Shown: positions 18,004 to 29,409 of the stretch, in pieces | How the letters are laid out: each line of letters begins with the position of its first letter | Position numbering within the stretch: the stretch's first letter is position 1 | DNA from: Candidatus Eiseniibacteriota bacterium | Lineage (GTDB): Bacteria; Eisenbacteria; RBG-16-71-46 | DNA length: 53,568 nucleotides | NCBI GenBank assembly: GCA_041498315.1 | Contig: JBGQIE010000003.1 | Span: forward strand, 1-53,568 | Reading direction: 5' to 3' | Program-made: the position numbers and the translations under genes | The notes under the pieces: generated by a model | Databases searched by the model: none | The model's input: only the letters and a program-made list of their open reading frames with translations | What the model was told of the DNA's origin: nothing

Positions 18004-19044
18004 TCACGGCAGGATTCTCTTCCCGCCCGTCGTCAGCGTCCGCAGCGTGGCCTCGTTGACCTTCACCACCGCCTCGGGGAGCCGCGCGTAGTCGAGCGCC
18101 TCCACCATGGACTGGCCGTCGTGGATCGCCCAGCCGATGAAGTCGGCCAGCGCCTTTCCCCGCGTCGCGTCCTTCGTATCCTGATAGACGATCAGGAACG
18201 TCAGGCCCGAGATCGGATAGGCGTCGGGCGCCGCGGCGTTCACGATCGGCGTGCGCACGTCCTTCGCCAGTGCCGGCGCGGAGGCCGCGACCGCGGCGGT
18301 GATCGAGGCCAGCGTCGGCTCGACGAAGTTCCCGGACTTGTTGCGCACGTGAGCCACCGCGAGCTTGTTCTGCCTCGCATAGGCCAGCTCGACGTAGCCG
18401 ACGGCGCCCGGCGTCTGGCGCACCATGCCGGCCACGCCCTCGTTGCCCTTGCCGCCCACACCGCTCGGCCACGACACCGAAGTGTTGGCGCCGACCAGCT
18501 CCTTCCACTCACCGCTCACGGCCGAGAGGTAGGTGGTGAAGATGTTCGTGGTGCCGCTGCCATCCGAGCGGTGGACCGCGAGGATGGGCACCGCCGGCGG
18601 CGCCACGCCCGCATTGGCCGCCACGATCGCCTTGTCGTTCCAGGTCGTGATCTTGCCCATGAAGATGCCGGTGACGATCTCGGGAGTCAGCTTGAGCGGA
18701 GCCTGGAGGCCGGGCAGGTTGTAGGCCAGCACGACCGCTCCCGCCACGGTCGGAAAGTGGACGACCTTGCGCGGCATCTCCTTGAGCCGGTCGTTCGAGA
18801 GCGCCGCGTCGCTGGCGCCGAAGTCCACGGTGCCGGCCTTGACCTGCTGGATCCCGCCGCCGCTGCCGATGGACTGATAGTTGATCTCGACCCCGGTCTT
18901 CTGCTTGTAGGCGTCGAACCACTTGGAGTAGATCGGGTACGGAAAGGTGGCCCCCGCGCCGGTGAGATGCTGGGCGCAGGCGGGCACGGCCGCGAACCCG
19001 AGCAGGGCGAGGGCGCCGGCGATGCGGTGGATCATGTGCGTCAT
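18004..19044 (-). CDS. pstS: Phosphate ABC transporter substrate-binding protein
   Basis: GAGATFPYP, YQSIGSGGG, DFGASD, HRSDGSGTT; signal peptide. Confidence 0.96.
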   Translation of the reverse strand: MTHMIHRIAGALALLGFAAVPACAQHLTGAGATFPYPIYSKWFDAYKQKTGVEINYQSIGSGGGIQQVKAGTVDFGASDAALSNDRLKEMPRKVVHFPTVAGAVVLAYNLPGLQAPLKLTPEIVTGIFMGKITTWNDKAIVAANAGVAPPAVPILAVHRSDGSGTTNIFTTYLSAVSGEWKELVGANTSVSWPSGVGGKGNEGVAGMVRQTPGAVGYVELAYARQNKLAVAHVRNKSGNFVEPTLASITAAVAASAPALAKDVRTPIVNAAAPDAYPISGLTFLIVYQDTKDATRGKALADFIGWAIHDGQSMVEALDYARLPEAVVKVNEATLRTLTTGGKRILP

Positions 19045-19076
19045 GGATGACTTCCTTTCATTTCCAGGCACGGGGC

Positions 19077-20273
19077 TCAGGACTGGGGACGGCTGAACTT
19101 GTAGTAGAACGTGAGTCGCGCCTGGAGATCGTGGTGCGCGGGGAAGCCGGACGGCTTGCCCTTGCGGACGTACTGGGTGGCCTCGACGTTGGGCATGACG
19201 TGGATGTCTTTGAACGGCTGCCAGTCGACCCCGGCGATCCACAACTGCGAGTCGATCCGGTTCGCGAGGTTGCGATCGGGCGACCAGTGGTCGAAGCGCG
19301 CGAAGCCGGCGACCGTCGGCGTGACCGTGCCACGCGCGAACACCGAGACGCCGGCCGGCTCCCGGTTGGGCCCGGTGGGCCAGTGGTTGAGGCGCAGCAG
19401 ACCCTCGGCGCCGACGGCGACGCGGCGGAATTCGTACCCCGCGAAGAGCTTGTAGGTCGCGCGGTCGTAGATGCCCGGCACACTGTCGAGCGGCGCCACC
19501 GTGTCCTTGAGATTGAGCCGGACGTTCTCGTAATCGACGTAGGGCTCGATTCGCAAGTCGCCGAAGCGCAGCGGGAGCGTCAGGTAGTACTTCTTGTAGC
19601 GGTCGGTCTCGGGCTTTTGCCCCAGCCCGTCGCCGATCATCAGCGCGTAGCCGAAGTGGTGGTCGCCGTCCGCGAAGCCCTTGAGCTCGAGCCCGATGTC
19701 GGCCGCCGACCCGATGCCGCGGAAGTCGCCGATCGTCTTCTCGATCGAGCGGTACTGCCAGAACTCCTCGGCGTTCTCCCAGGTGGGGGTGCTCATCATT
19801 CCGAAGAAGAAGTCGCCGCGCGGGATCAGGCTTTTCGCCTGGAAGTAGGCGGCCTTCACGTTCGCCCCCAGCTTGCCGTCCGACGTCAGCGACTTGCTGT
19901 CGACCTCGAGCCGCAGACGCGTCGCGTAGCGGATCGAGAGATCGTTGTCGAGCTGGAAGTAGACGCGGCGCAGCTGGGTGCCGTTCAAGTCCTGCGTGGT
20001 CGGCTTGGTGGAGTTGTCGATGTAAGCCTTGCCCTGGTCGGCACCGCTCGCGTCGTAGACGTGGTTCGGATCGCCCGCGACGTTGTAGTAGAAGTCGCCG
20101 AACATGTAGCCGCTGATCCTGCCGCGCGGGAAGTCGGGCGGCGTGGGCGGCGCCACCACGATCGGCGCGGGCGGCGCCGCGGCGCTGTCGGGGCCGCCCG
20201 GAACAGCGCTCTGAGCGGCGCACGGTGCGGCGGCCGCGAGCATCAGCGCGAACAGCTGCAGTCGCTTTCTCAA
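19077..20273 (-). CDS. Putative phosphate-regulated outer-membrane porin
   Basis: GGAGG RBS before TTG (alternative ATG 20285); signal peptide; beta-strand pattern, QLRRVYF, C-terminal ARLTFYYKF; first gene of pst operon. Confidence 0.75.
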   Translation of the reverse strand: MRKRLQLFALMLAAAAPCAAQSAVPGGPDSAAAPPAPIVVAPPTPPDFPRGRISGYMFGDFYYNVAGDPNHVYDASGADQGKAYIDNSTKPTTQDLNGTQLRRVYFQLDNDLSIRYATRLRLEVDSKSLTSDGKLGANVKAAYFQAKSLIPRGDFFFGMMSTPTWENAEEFWQYRSIEKTIGDFRGIGSAADIGLELKGFADGDHHFGYALMIGDGLGQKPETDRYKKYYLTLPLRFGDLRIEPYVDYENVRLNLKDTVAPLDSVPGIYDRATYKLFAGYEFRRVAVGAEGLLRLNHWPTGPNREPAGVSVFARGTVTPTVAGFARFDHWSPDRNLANRIDSQLWIAGVDWQPFKDIHVMPNVEATQYVRKGKPSGFPAHHDLQARLTFYYKFSRPQS

Positions 20274-20346
20274 CGGGTCCTCCATCCGGATCTCGGGGGG
20301 AGCGCCCGGGGCCGTCCGGCCCGGGCCGCGTGCCGCCGACGGCCCG

Positions 20347-20402
20347 AACCTAGCGCGCTCCGGGTTGCCGGAAATCGCTGGGCTTGTTAACGCGGTGTTA
20401 CA
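20347..20402 (-). promoter_or_regulatory. Pho box array and -10 element upstream of porin-pstSCAB-phoU
   Basis: 11-bp periodic heptamers TGTAACA, GTTAACA, (CAGCGAT), GGCAACC, then 10 bp, then TAGGTT. Confidence 0.65.
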
Positions 20403-20749
20403 AATTCCTGGAAGTTCGGCTTGAACGCCGCGGCCCGCGCCGACGGGGCCTGGCCGCCCCGCGCTGCGGTGCCATTTCCTGGAGCCGCCGGCCCGGATCG
20501 CAAGGGCGTGCCAGGCCCTTGCGGCGGGCGACCGTGGTCGACTCCAAGCTCGAGGGGGGGCGGCGATGCGATCGGTGCAACTCCGAATCACGCGGCTGGA
20601 TCGCCGGCGCCTTCCGGGACCGCCTTGAAACCCGTCCGCGGCCGCCCCCCCTGCGCCGGGAAACCTAGGCGCCGGACAGGCGTGGCCGCGTGTCGGAGGT
20701 GTTACGGGAATGGAAAATGCGCGCGGCCGAAGACGATGCGGCTTGGGAG

Positions 20750-22534
20750 TCAGCCGCGGCGCGCGAGGGTCCCCTCGGGATCGCACGGGATCTCGAATCG
20801 GAACGTCGTGCCCACGCCCGGCTCGCTCGCGATCTTCACGTCGCCGCCGTGGAGCGTCACGATGTGCCGCACGATCGAGAGCCCGAGGCCGGTGCCGCCT
20901 TTCTCGCGCGAGCGCCCCTTCTCGACCCGGTAGAAGCGCTCGAAAATGCGCGGCTGGTCCTCGGGCGGGATTCCGGGCCCGGTGTCCACGACCTCGCACC
21001 ACGCCCGTACCGCGTCGCCCCCCAGCCGTACGTCCACCCGGCCACGCTCGGTGTACTTGATCGCGTTGTCGATCAGGTTCGCGAACACCTGCTCGATGCG
21101 CGCACGGTCCGCGCGCACCGTGAGCGGCTCGCCCGGCTCCACCTCGAAGAGCAGTCCAGCCTCGAGCGCGCGCGGTCGCAACGCGCTCGCGACGCGCGCC
21201 GCGGCCTCGCGCAGGTCGAACGACTCGAGCCGCAGCGTGGCGCCCGGCCGCTCGAGCTCGGCGAGCGACAGCAGGTCGGCGACCAGGGCCTCGAGCCGCA
21301 CCGCCTGGTCGCGGATGATGCGCACGAAGCCCTCGCGGTGCTCGCGGTCTTCGAGCCCGCCGTCGAGCAGCGTCTCGGCGTAGCCGCGCAGCGAGGTCAG
21401 CGGGGTGCGCAGCTCGTGGGCGGCGTTGGCCACGAAGTCCTGGCGCACCCGCGCCAGCATCTCGGCCTCGGAGAGATCGTGGACCACGAGCAGCAACGCC
21501 CCCGAGCCCCCGCCTTCGAGCGGCGTCGCCGACGCGCGCACCCGGCGCGGCCGCGGGCCCCACAACCGCAGCTCCGCCACGCGGCCGCCGCCGGCCGCGC
21601 GCGCCTCCGCCAGCAGATCGTCCAGCTCGGGCGCGCGCGCATAGGCGGCGAGCGGCGTGCCAGGGGCGGCCGGGAGCGGCTGCCCGAGCAGCTCCGCGAG
21701 GGCGCGATTCATGCGCGCGATGTGGCCGTCGTCGCCGATCAGCGCGACGCCGTCGCTCATCGAGGCCAGGATGCGTTCGCGTTCGTCGCGTTCGCGCTCC
21801 AGCACCTCGAGCCGCATGCGACGCTCCGCGGCCATGGCATTGATCGCGCGCCCCAGCCGCCCCAGTTCGTCGGCGGGCTGCTCGCGGGCGCGAGCGTCGG
21901 GGGCACCCGCCGCGAGCCGATTCGCAGCCAGCTCGAGCTGGGCGAGGCGCGTGACGTGCCGGCCGGTCGCCCACAACACCAGCGGCACGCTCAGCAGCAG
22001 GGCGAGGAGCGCCGCGGCGAGCGCGAGCCCCAGCAGCGAGCCTTCCAGACCCGCCACGCGCGCCAGCGGTTCGGCGAGGCGGATCGCGGCGAGCCCGCGC
22101 GTGTCACGCAGCGGCAGCGCCACGTAGAGCAGATCGACCCCCACGGTGTGGCTGTAGCGCTGTGCGCGTCCCGGCCGTCCGGCGAGCGCGGCGGCCACTT
22201 CGGGCCGTGACGCGTGGTTCTCGACCGCGGCCAGATCCGCGCGCGGCACCTCCGAGTCGCCCAGCACGCGCCCGGTCGCATCGAGCAGGGTGACGCGTGC
22301 GCCCAGCAGGGCCCCGAGCGTGTCGGCGAGCGCCGGGATTCCGCCCGGTTTCGCGGCGGGATCGACCGGCAGCGCCGCCGCCGCCCGCGCCGCCGCGCGC
22401 TCGAGATCCTCGAGATGGTGCGCGATCAGCCAGCCGCGCTGCTCGCGAATGGCGAGCGTGGTCATGATCGCGAGCGCGGCGGCGACGACGAGCGCGTGCA
22501 GCAGGAAGAGCCGCGCCCGTAGGGAAAGCATCAT
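20750..22534 (-). CDS. phoR: Sensor histidine kinase PhoR-like (HAMP-PAS-HisKA-HATPase)
   Basis: DFVANAAHELRTPLTSLRGYAETL, NLIDNAIKY, DTGPGIP, RFYRVEKGRSR, GGTGLGLSIV; two TM segments. Confidence 0.9.
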   Translation of the reverse strand: MMLSLRARLFLLHALVVAAALAIMTTLAIREQRGWLIAHHLEDLERAAARAAAALPVDPAAKPGGIPALADTLGALLGARVTLLDATGRVLGDSEVPRADLAAVENHASRPEVAAALAGRPGRAQRYSHTVGVDLLYVALPLRDTRGLAAIRLAEPLARVAGLEGSLLGLALAAALLALLLSVPLVLWATGRHVTRLAQLELAANRLAAGAPDARAREQPADELGRLGRAINAMAAERRMRLEVLERERDERERILASMSDGVALIGDDGHIARMNRALAELLGQPLPAAPGTPLAAYARAPELDDLLAEARAAGGGRVAELRLWGPRPRRVRASATPLEGGGSGALLLVVHDLSEAEMLARVRQDFVANAAHELRTPLTSLRGYAETLLDGGLEDREHREGFVRIIRDQAVRLEALVADLLSLAELERPGATLRLESFDLREAAARVASALRPRALEAGLLFEVEPGEPLTVRADRARIEQVFANLIDNAIKYTERGRVDVRLGGDAVRAWCEVVDTGPGIPPEDQPRIFERFYRVEKGRSREKGGTGLGLSIVRHIVTLHGGDVKIASEPGVGTTFRFEIPCDPEGTLARRG

Positions 22535-22770
22535 GCCTGGTCGCTCCGGGGAAACGTAGGAGCCAGCGAGTGTACGACGGAGCGTAGCGAGGCGGCCCAG
22601 GAGGGTCCAGCGATCAAGCGGCCCGCGCAAGACGCCCACGCCGGGCGCGGGTCACGCTCGTGCGCCTGCTCCCGGCGCGAGTCGTTGGCAGTCCGGACGT
22701 CGGGCCGCGGCGCATCGGCCAGAGAACGGTCACCGCGAGCGCGAGACTATCCGCGCCGGGGGCGCGACCG

Positions 22771-22788
22771 CATGACGGACGGGTTACC
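22771..22788 (-). promoter_or_regulatory. Possible Pho box upstream of phoR
   Basis: GGTAACC and CGTCATG at 11-bp spacing; weak match. Confidence 0.3.
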
Positions 22789-22828
22789 GCCGCGCAAATT
22801 CGAGCCGGGGAGCCGGGGGACCCACGCG

Positions 22829-23524
<696 letters not shown>

Positions 23525-23740
23525 GGCTCCCCCGGACGCCGCAGCGTCGCGCGCGATGCTACGGGGCCGCGTCGCGCGGGGTCAACCGCGCGCCCGCATG
23601 GGTCGCGCCCCTGACGCGTTTCGGGTTGTGGGAGCCGCGACCCCCGCGCTAGATTGCGGCGACATCCTGTCGCATCGTCCCGCGCCTTCTCCCTGGCCGC
23701 AGCGCGGCACGGGACTCCAATCGACTCCAGGGCGGTCCGC

Positions 23741-25444
23741 ATGACCGAGATCCGCCAGTCCCCGCGCTGGCTTCCAATCCTCAGCGTCGCAGCGTTTCTC
23801 GCCGTCGCGGGCCTGTTCATGCATGGCCCGGAGCGCGCCGTGAGCCTGGCGCGCGGCGTGGTGCGCGCCGAGCCCAGCTTCCGCGAGCTGCCGGCGGCGG
23901 CGGCCTGGTCGCTGCTGCGCATGACCGCCTCCTACGTGCTGTCGCTGGCGGTGGCGTGGGCGGCAGGCTACTGGGCGGCCGTGAGCCCGGCGGCGGCGCG
24001 CTTCATCCTGCCGCTTCTCGACGTCGGCCAGTCGGTCCCGGTGCTGGGCTTCTTCCCCGCCGCGATCTACGTGTTCGTCAACCTGCTCGGCGGCGGTCGG
24101 GTGTCGCTCGAGCTGGCCTCGATCTTCCTCATCTTCACGAGCCAGGCCTGGAACCTGGCGTTCGCGGTCTACGAGGGGCTCACGACCATCCCCTCCGAGA
24201 CCCGGGCGGCGGTCGACAGCATGGGCGTGCACGGCCTCCTGCGCCTGCGAGCGCTGCTGTTTCCGGCGTGCGTGCCCACCCTGCTCTACAACAGCATCCT
24301 GTCGTGGGCCAACGGCTGGTACTTCCTGATCGCGTGCGAGATCATCGTCGCCGGACCGGTCCAGTACGACCTGCCGGGGCTGGGCTCCGCGCTGTCGCGC
24401 GCGATCGCGAAGGGCGATCTGGCGCTCGCCGCCGCGACCCTCACGGTCCTGGTCGCGATCGTGCTGGTGCTCGAGCTGCTGGTGTGGCGCCCGCTGCGCG
24501 CCTGGTCGCGGCGCTACCGCTACGACACCCAGAGCGCGGGCGACGAGGAGGAGGCGCTGCCGAACCTGCCCGACCTCGGGCTTCCGGTGCTCATCCGCCC
24601 GCTGCGCCGCGCCGCCGAGGCGCTGTGGTCCCGCCTGCCCAGCATGGCCGTCAACCGCGGCCTCGACAGCGCCGGCCGGCGCGCGACCCGCCTGGTCGAG
24701 CTGCTGCGCTGGCCGCTCGTCGTGGCGTCCGCGGTGCTCCTGGTCGCCGCCCTGGTCCTCACCGCGCGGGTGCTCATGCCGCCCTGGCCCAGCGAAGCCG
24801 CCTCGCTTCCGCTCGCGCTCCTGTTCTCGTTCCTGCGCATCACCGCGGCCTACCTGCTCGCGCTCCTGTGGATCGTGCCGGTCGCGCTGTGGGCCAGCGA
24901 TCACGCGCGCGGCATGCGCTGGCTGTCGCTGGTCGCCCAGGTGGGGGCGTCGATCCCGGCGACCGGATTCTTCCCGGTGCTGGTCGCCCTGCTGGTCGGG
25001 CGCTTCGGCGGCATGGAGATCATCTCGGTCGCGCTCGCGCTCACCGGCATGCAGTGGTACCTGCTCTTCAACCTGCTCTCGGGGGTGCAGCGCGTGCCCT
25101 ACGATCTGCGCGAGTCGCTGCGCTCGCTCGGGCTCTCGCGCGGCGAGATCCACCGCCGGCTCGTGCTCCCCGCCTGCATGCCGTCGCTCGTCACCGGCAG
25201 CGTCGTGGCCTGGGGCGGCACCTGGAACGCGCTCATCCTCTCCGAGTACGTCGTGTACCGCGGGAAGGTGTACGAGGTGCTGGGCGTGGGCGCGCTCCTC
25301 AACCGCGCGACCTTCGGCACCGGCAGCCGCTCGATGCTGTTCCTGTCGCTGGCGGCGCTGGTCATCACGGTGGTCGCCTTCAACCGCCTGGTGTGGGACC
25401 GCCTCTACCGGTTCGTCCAGGACCGCTACCGGCTCGAGGGCTGA
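23741..25444 (+). CDS. ABC transporter permease, NitT/TauT family, duplicated membrane domain
   Basis: [49 protein letters not shown]. Confidence 0.88.
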   Translation: MTEIRQSPRWLPILSVAAFLAVAGLFMHGPERAVSLARGVVRAEPSFRELPAAAAWSLLRMTASYVLSLAVAWAAGYWAAVSPAAARFILPLLDVGQSVPVLGFFPAAIYVFVNLLGGGRVSLELASIFLIFTSQAWNLAFAVYEGLTTIPSETRAAVDSMGVHGLLRLRALLFPACVPTLLYNSILSWANGWYFLIACEIIVAGPVQYDLPGLGSALSRAIAKGDLALAAATLTVLVAIVLVLELLVWRPLRAWSRRYRYDTQSAGDEEEALPNLPDLGLPVLIRPLRRAAEALWSRLPSMAVNRGLDSAGRRATRLVELLRWPLVVASAVLLVAALVLTARVLMPPWPSEAASLPLALLFSFLRITAAYLLALLWIVPVALWASDHARGMRWLSLVAQVGASIPATGFFPVLVALLVGRFGGMEIISVALALTGMQWYLLFNLLSGVQRVPYDLRESLRSLGLSRGEIHRRLVLPACMPSLVTGSVVAWGGTWNALILSEYVVYRGKVYEVLGVGALLNRATFGTGSRSMLFLSLAALVITVVAFNRLVWDRLYRFVQDRYRLEG

Positions 25445-25446
25445 GG

Positions 25447-26190
25447 ATGCTCACGCTCCGCAACGTGTACAAGAGCTTCGCCGACCGCGGGCGCGCGATC
25501 CCGGTGCTCGACGACATCACGCTCGACATCCCCGACGGCCAGCTGGTGTGCATCGTCGGCCCCTCGGGCTGCGGCAAGTCCACGCTGCTGCGGCTCATGA
25601 TGGGCCTGCTCCCGCTCACCTCGGGCTCGATCCTCTACAACGACCAGCCGCTCGCGGGCGTCAATCTGCGCGCGGCGATGGTGTTCCAGTCGTTCGCGCT
25701 GCTGCCCTGGCTCACCGTGCAGGGCAACGTCGAGCTGGGCCTCAGGGCCCGCGATCTGCCCGAGGCGGAGGTCCACAAGCGCGCCGCGTACTACCTCGAC
25801 AAGGTCGGTCTCGACGGCTACGAGGAGGCCTACCCGGGCGAGCTCTCGGGCGGGATGAAGCAGCGCGCCGGGCTGGCGCGCGCGCTGGCGGTCGAGCCCG
25901 ACATCCTGTTCATGGACGAACCGTTCGCGGGGCTCGACGCCCTGACCTCGGCGAACCTGCGCGAGGAGGTGCTGACGCTGTGGGCGGACAGCGCGCTGCC
26001 CGTCAACACGGTCGTCATGGTGACCCACATCATCGAGGAGGCGGTCCTGATGGCCGACCGGGTCGTCGTGCTGACCTCGCACCCGGGACGGGTCGCGGCC
26101 GACCTGCCGGTCACCCTCGAGCGGCCGCGCAACAAGCGCGACGAGGGCTTCGACCAGCTCGTGGACTCGATCTTCGAGAAGATCGTCTGA
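25447..26190 (+). CDS. ABC transporter ATP-binding protein, NitT/TauT family
   Basis: [32 protein letters not shown]. Confidence 0.93.
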   Translation: MLTLRNVYKSFADRGRAIPVLDDITLDIPDGQLVCIVGPSGCGKSTLLRLMMGLLPLTSGSILYNDQPLAGVNLRAAMVFQSFALLPWLTVQGNVELGLRARDLPEAEVHKRAAYYLDKVGLDGYEEAYPGELSGGMKQRAGLARALAVEPDILFMDEPFAGLDALTSANLREEVLTLWADSALPVNTVVMVTHIIEEAVLMADRVVVLTSHPGRVAADLPVTLERPRNKRDEGFDQLVDSIFEKIV

Positions 26191-26248
26191 GTCACCCCGG
26201 GCCCGGGCGGGGCATGCCCCGCCCCCGCCGGCGCGGTATCATGGAGCC

Positions 26249-27139
26249 ATGGCCCTTCACCACGACACTCGGGTCCTGACCGTCGAGCGGCTCGGCCCCG
26301 ACGACCTGGTCGAGACCTTCGCGTTTCTCGATCGCGACCCGGTCGTCAACGTCTACCTGATCGCCCTGACGCTCCGGGACGGCCTCGCCCACCCGCGCGA
26401 CGCGTTCTGGGCCGCCCGTCGCGAGGGCGAGATCGTGGCCCTTCACTACCTGGGCCCGCAGTCGGGCGCCATCCTGCCGGTGGGCGACGACCCGGCGGGC
26501 CTGCGGCTGCTCGCCGAGGAAGCCTGCGAGCGCCTGCACGCGCTGCCGCGCCGCTTCCAGGTCATCGGCCCGCGCGCCGCGGCCGAGCCGTTCGTCGCCG
26601 CGTTCGCGGCCGCCGGGATCCTGCCGCGCCTCGAGCGCGCGCAGATCTACATGGCGGTCGAGCGCGACGGGCTCGACGCCCCCGGGCGCCTCGCCGAGCT
26701 GCGGCCGGCGGCCCCCGAGGATCACGACCAGGTGTTCGCGAGCGGCGCCCGTCTGCGCATCGAGGAGCTGGGCGAGGACCCGCGCGAGGCCGACCCGATG
26801 TCCTATGCGCGCCGGGTCGAGGAGGAGTGCCGCGACGGGCACACCTTCGTGTGGATGGACGCCCGGGGCCTGCGCTTCCGGGCGAGCGTGAGCGCGGTGA
26901 CCGGGGACGCCGCGCAGGTGTCGGGCGTGTACACGCCGCCCGCGCTGCGCAATCGCGGCATCGCCACGCGCGGAGTGGGCGAGCTGTGCACGCGCCTGCT
27001 CGAGCGCAGCCGCGCCGCCTGCCTGTTCGTGAACGACGTCAACCCGCCGGCGATCGCGGTCTACCGGCGGCTCGGCTTCACGCCCCGCGCCGAGTGGATC
27101 TCGGCGTTCTACACCGAGCGCCCCCGGCCCCAGCCCTGA
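26249..27139 (+). CDS. GNAT-family acetyltransferase
   Basis: QVSGVYTPPALRNRGIA, LFVNDVNPPAIAVYRRLGF. Confidence 0.88.
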   Translation: MALHHDTRVLTVERLGPDDLVETFAFLDRDPVVNVYLIALTLRDGLAHPRDAFWAARREGEIVALHYLGPQSGAILPVGDDPAGLRLLAEEACERLHALPRRFQVIGPRAAAEPFVAAFAAAGILPRLERAQIYMAVERDGLDAPGRLAELRPAAPEDHDQVFASGARLRIEELGEDPREADPMSYARRVEEECRDGHTFVWMDARGLRFRASVSAVTGDAAQVSGVYTPPALRNRGIATRGVGELCTRLLERSRAACLFVNDVNPPAIAVYRRLGFTPRAEWISAFYTERPRPQP

Positions 27140-27157
27140 GCCCGGCCGGGACGCCGC

Positions 27158-28126
27158 TCAGCGGCGCGAGGCCAGGTTCCCGAGCGCCGCGGCCAGCCCG
27201 GCGTGGAGCGCCTTGACGTCCGCGGGCTTCCAGGTCGAGGGATCGGCGCGCACGAACGTGGTCTTGTCGACGCGATTGTCGAAGCGCGCGATCGGCAGGT
27301 TGAAGCTGCGCCCGCGGGTCTCGACCCGCACCGTGTCGGGCTGGTCGGAGTGCTGGATCAGCCACTCCATGTCGTCGCACCCGTAGTCGCCCAGCATGAC
27401 CGCCAGGGGCACCCCGTGATGGAGGATCGAGCCCGGGTCGTTGGGGTCGGTGCGCTCGCGGTTCTTGCGCCGCGATTCCTCCGGAGTCACCCACACGTAT
27501 AGAATCGACGCCTTCGAGAGGATGGCGTCGCTGAAGCGCGCGAGCGAGTAGCGGTAGCCGAGCGGGGGTGGCAGCGGCGGCGCCGCGCCGTCGGGCCCGC
27601 CACGCGCCGCCTCGATCACGACCGTGCGCCCCTGGAGGCTGTCGGGGACCCCGGCGTTCTTCGCGCGCAGCAGCTCCGCGGCCTCGCCCTCGAGCGCGCG
27701 GGCGAGCTCGCGCCGCAGGGCGGCGGGCAGGGCGCCCAGCTCGGGCTCGCCCCCCACCCGGCGGCGCGCCTGGTCGAAGCGCTCGAGCAGCCACTCGCCC
27801 GCGGCCGCGGGGGCCGGGCGCCGGCGCTGGACCAGGTCGTCGAAGTCCTCGTTGAGGAGCTCGACCAGCGTGCCCCAGTCGAGCGGCTGCTTCATGGGCA
27901 GCTCGTCGGAGTCGAAGAAGATCCCGTCGGCGCCGCGCGCGCGCAGCTCCTGGCTCACCCGGCGCATCATGTGAACGTAGGGGTAGTCGTCGAGCTGGAC
28001 CGTGGGTCCGAGGCTGAACTCGTCGCGGCACTGCTCCTCGGTCAGGTGGGCGAGATAGCGGCGCACCTCCGATTTGCCCGAGGCGGGCAGGGCGAGCAGC
28101 AGCAGAATCTCGATCGGCCGGGGCAT
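27158..28126 (-). CDS. Hypothetical P-loop (kinase-like) protein
   Basis: ILLLLALPASGKSEV at N-terminus, VVIEAARGG, ILYVWVTPEESRRKNRER lid-like segment. Confidence 0.7.
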   Translation of the reverse strand: MPRPIEILLLLALPASGKSEVRRYLAHLTEEQCRDEFSLGPTVQLDDYPYVHMMRRVSQELRARGADGIFFDSDELPMKQPLDWGTLVELLNEDFDDLVQRRRPAPAAAGEWLLERFDQARRRVGGEPELGALPAALRRELARALEGEAAELLRAKNAGVPDSLQGRTVVIEAARGGPDGAAPPLPPPLGYRYSLARFSDAILSKASILYVWVTPEESRRKNRERTDPNDPGSILHHGVPLAVMLGDYGCDDMEWLIQHSDQPDTVRVETRGRSFNLPIARFDNRVDKTTFVRADPSTWKPADVKALHAGLAAALGNLASRR

Positions 28127-28269
28127 GAGCCGCGCACTATAACGACGGCCCTTGGGCCTCGCAATGGAGCGGCCGCGCAGTTTTTCCTTGCCGGACTCGG
28201 CCGGGTTTGCGACGGTGGGAAGCCGCCGGGAAGGATTCCCGCGCGCCATCGAGAACAGGGAGGTGCATC

Positions 28270-28911
28270 ATGAAGCGCATTCCTGGCGCGGCCGCCATGC
28301 TCGCCGCCGCGCTGCTCGTCGCGGTTCCCGCCACCGCCCAGGTCTTCGGCCAGCTCCAGAGCGCCGAGGTCCTCGCCCTCAACGGTCATCAGGCCGGTTT
28401 CTATCTCAACGCCGGCGACAACACGCTCGGCGGGCTCGCGCAGCTGCGGATGAGCCTCTACCCGGGCTTCGATTTCGGATTCCAGGGCGGCCTCCAGCGC
28501 GTCTCGTGGAAGAGCGTGGATCGCACGACGCTGCGCCTGGGCGGCGATCTGCGCGCCTCGGTCGCGCACTCGGGCGAGGGCTTCCCGTTCGATGTCGCGG
28601 TGGGCGGCGGACTGGGCGTGGAGACCAGCGACAACTACCACGTCCTGACGCTCATGCCCTCGGGAGTGGTGAGCCACTCGTACGGCGTGGGTCAGAACGG
28701 AAGCATCTCGCCCTATCTGGGGCTCGGGATCTCGTTCGCCAACGTGGATGCGGGAACCACGCGGCAGACCTTCCTCTCCCTCCCGCTGCGGCTGGGCGCC
28801 GACTTCCGCGTCATGCCCGGCATGAGCCTCGCGGCCGAGTTGCAGATCCCGATCGGAGACGGATTCAACGACAGCTTCGGGGTCATGACCGGGGTCAATC
28901 TGCCGTTCTGA
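28270..28911 (+). CDS. Small outer-membrane beta-barrel protein
   Basis: GGAGG RBS, signal peptide ending ATA, amphipathic strands, C-terminal GVNLPF. Confidence 0.75.
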   Translation: MKRIPGAAAMLAAALLVAVPATAQVFGQLQSAEVLALNGHQAGFYLNAGDNTLGGLAQLRMSLYPGFDFGFQGGLQRVSWKSVDRTTLRLGGDLRASVAHSGEGFPFDVAVGGGLGVETSDNYHVLTLMPSGVVSHSYGVGQNGSISPYLGLGISFANVDAGTTRQTFLSLPLRLGADFRVMPGMSLAAELQIPIGDGFNDSFGVMTGVNLPF

Positions 28912-29199
28912 GCGCCAGCGACGCCCCCGCGCGAGCGTCCTCGGGCCTCCCGGCTCGCGACGACTCAGCAAAATCATTCCGCGCAATGCTTTGCGCGATA
29001 AGGCGGGGCGCCAAAAACCGGCTTGTCTGCCCCGGGGGCCGGTGCTAGCCTTCCGGCCCCTGATGAGGCATCCGTCCCACGCCTCGTTCTGGGCTCGGCA
29101 CGTAATCCTTCGAAAATTATGATTCAAAACGACTTACCCTCAGGCCCGACGGGCATGAGGGATTCGGCTTCGGACCCTTCGGCTGGCTTCCGGATGGCG

Positions 29200-29380
29200 C
29201 TGTGCAAAGCCTGTGGAGGAAAGGGGGCGAAAAGGGCCGCAAAATGTTGCAAGGTTAGTCTTTAAGACATTCTGAACCGGTGTTAGTAACTACCTTGTGC
29301 ATTTTCCACAGATTTCCACACCACGGGGCCATGGTCGCGTCGAAACGGTGGTTTCGCACCCCTGGACCCTGTGGATTAGC
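29200..29380. promoter_or_regulatory. oriC part 1 / dnaA promoter region with DnaA boxes
   Basis: AT-enriched intergenic region; TTTTCCACA 29302-29310, ATTTCCACA 29312-29320, TGTGGATTA 29370-29378, TGTGGAGGA 29212-29220. Confidence 0.75.
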
Positions 29381-29409
29381 CCGCCACCCATTCAGCAAGG
29401 ACAGTTGAA

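Noticed and set aside
20689-20706. Possible additional Pho box (CGTAACA/CGACACG)
   Set aside because: The second half-site is weak and no suitably placed -10 was found
19077-21974. Apparent 965-aa porin fusion
   Set aside because: The upstream part overlaps phoR off-frame and crosses the Pho box; the signal peptide begins near 20273
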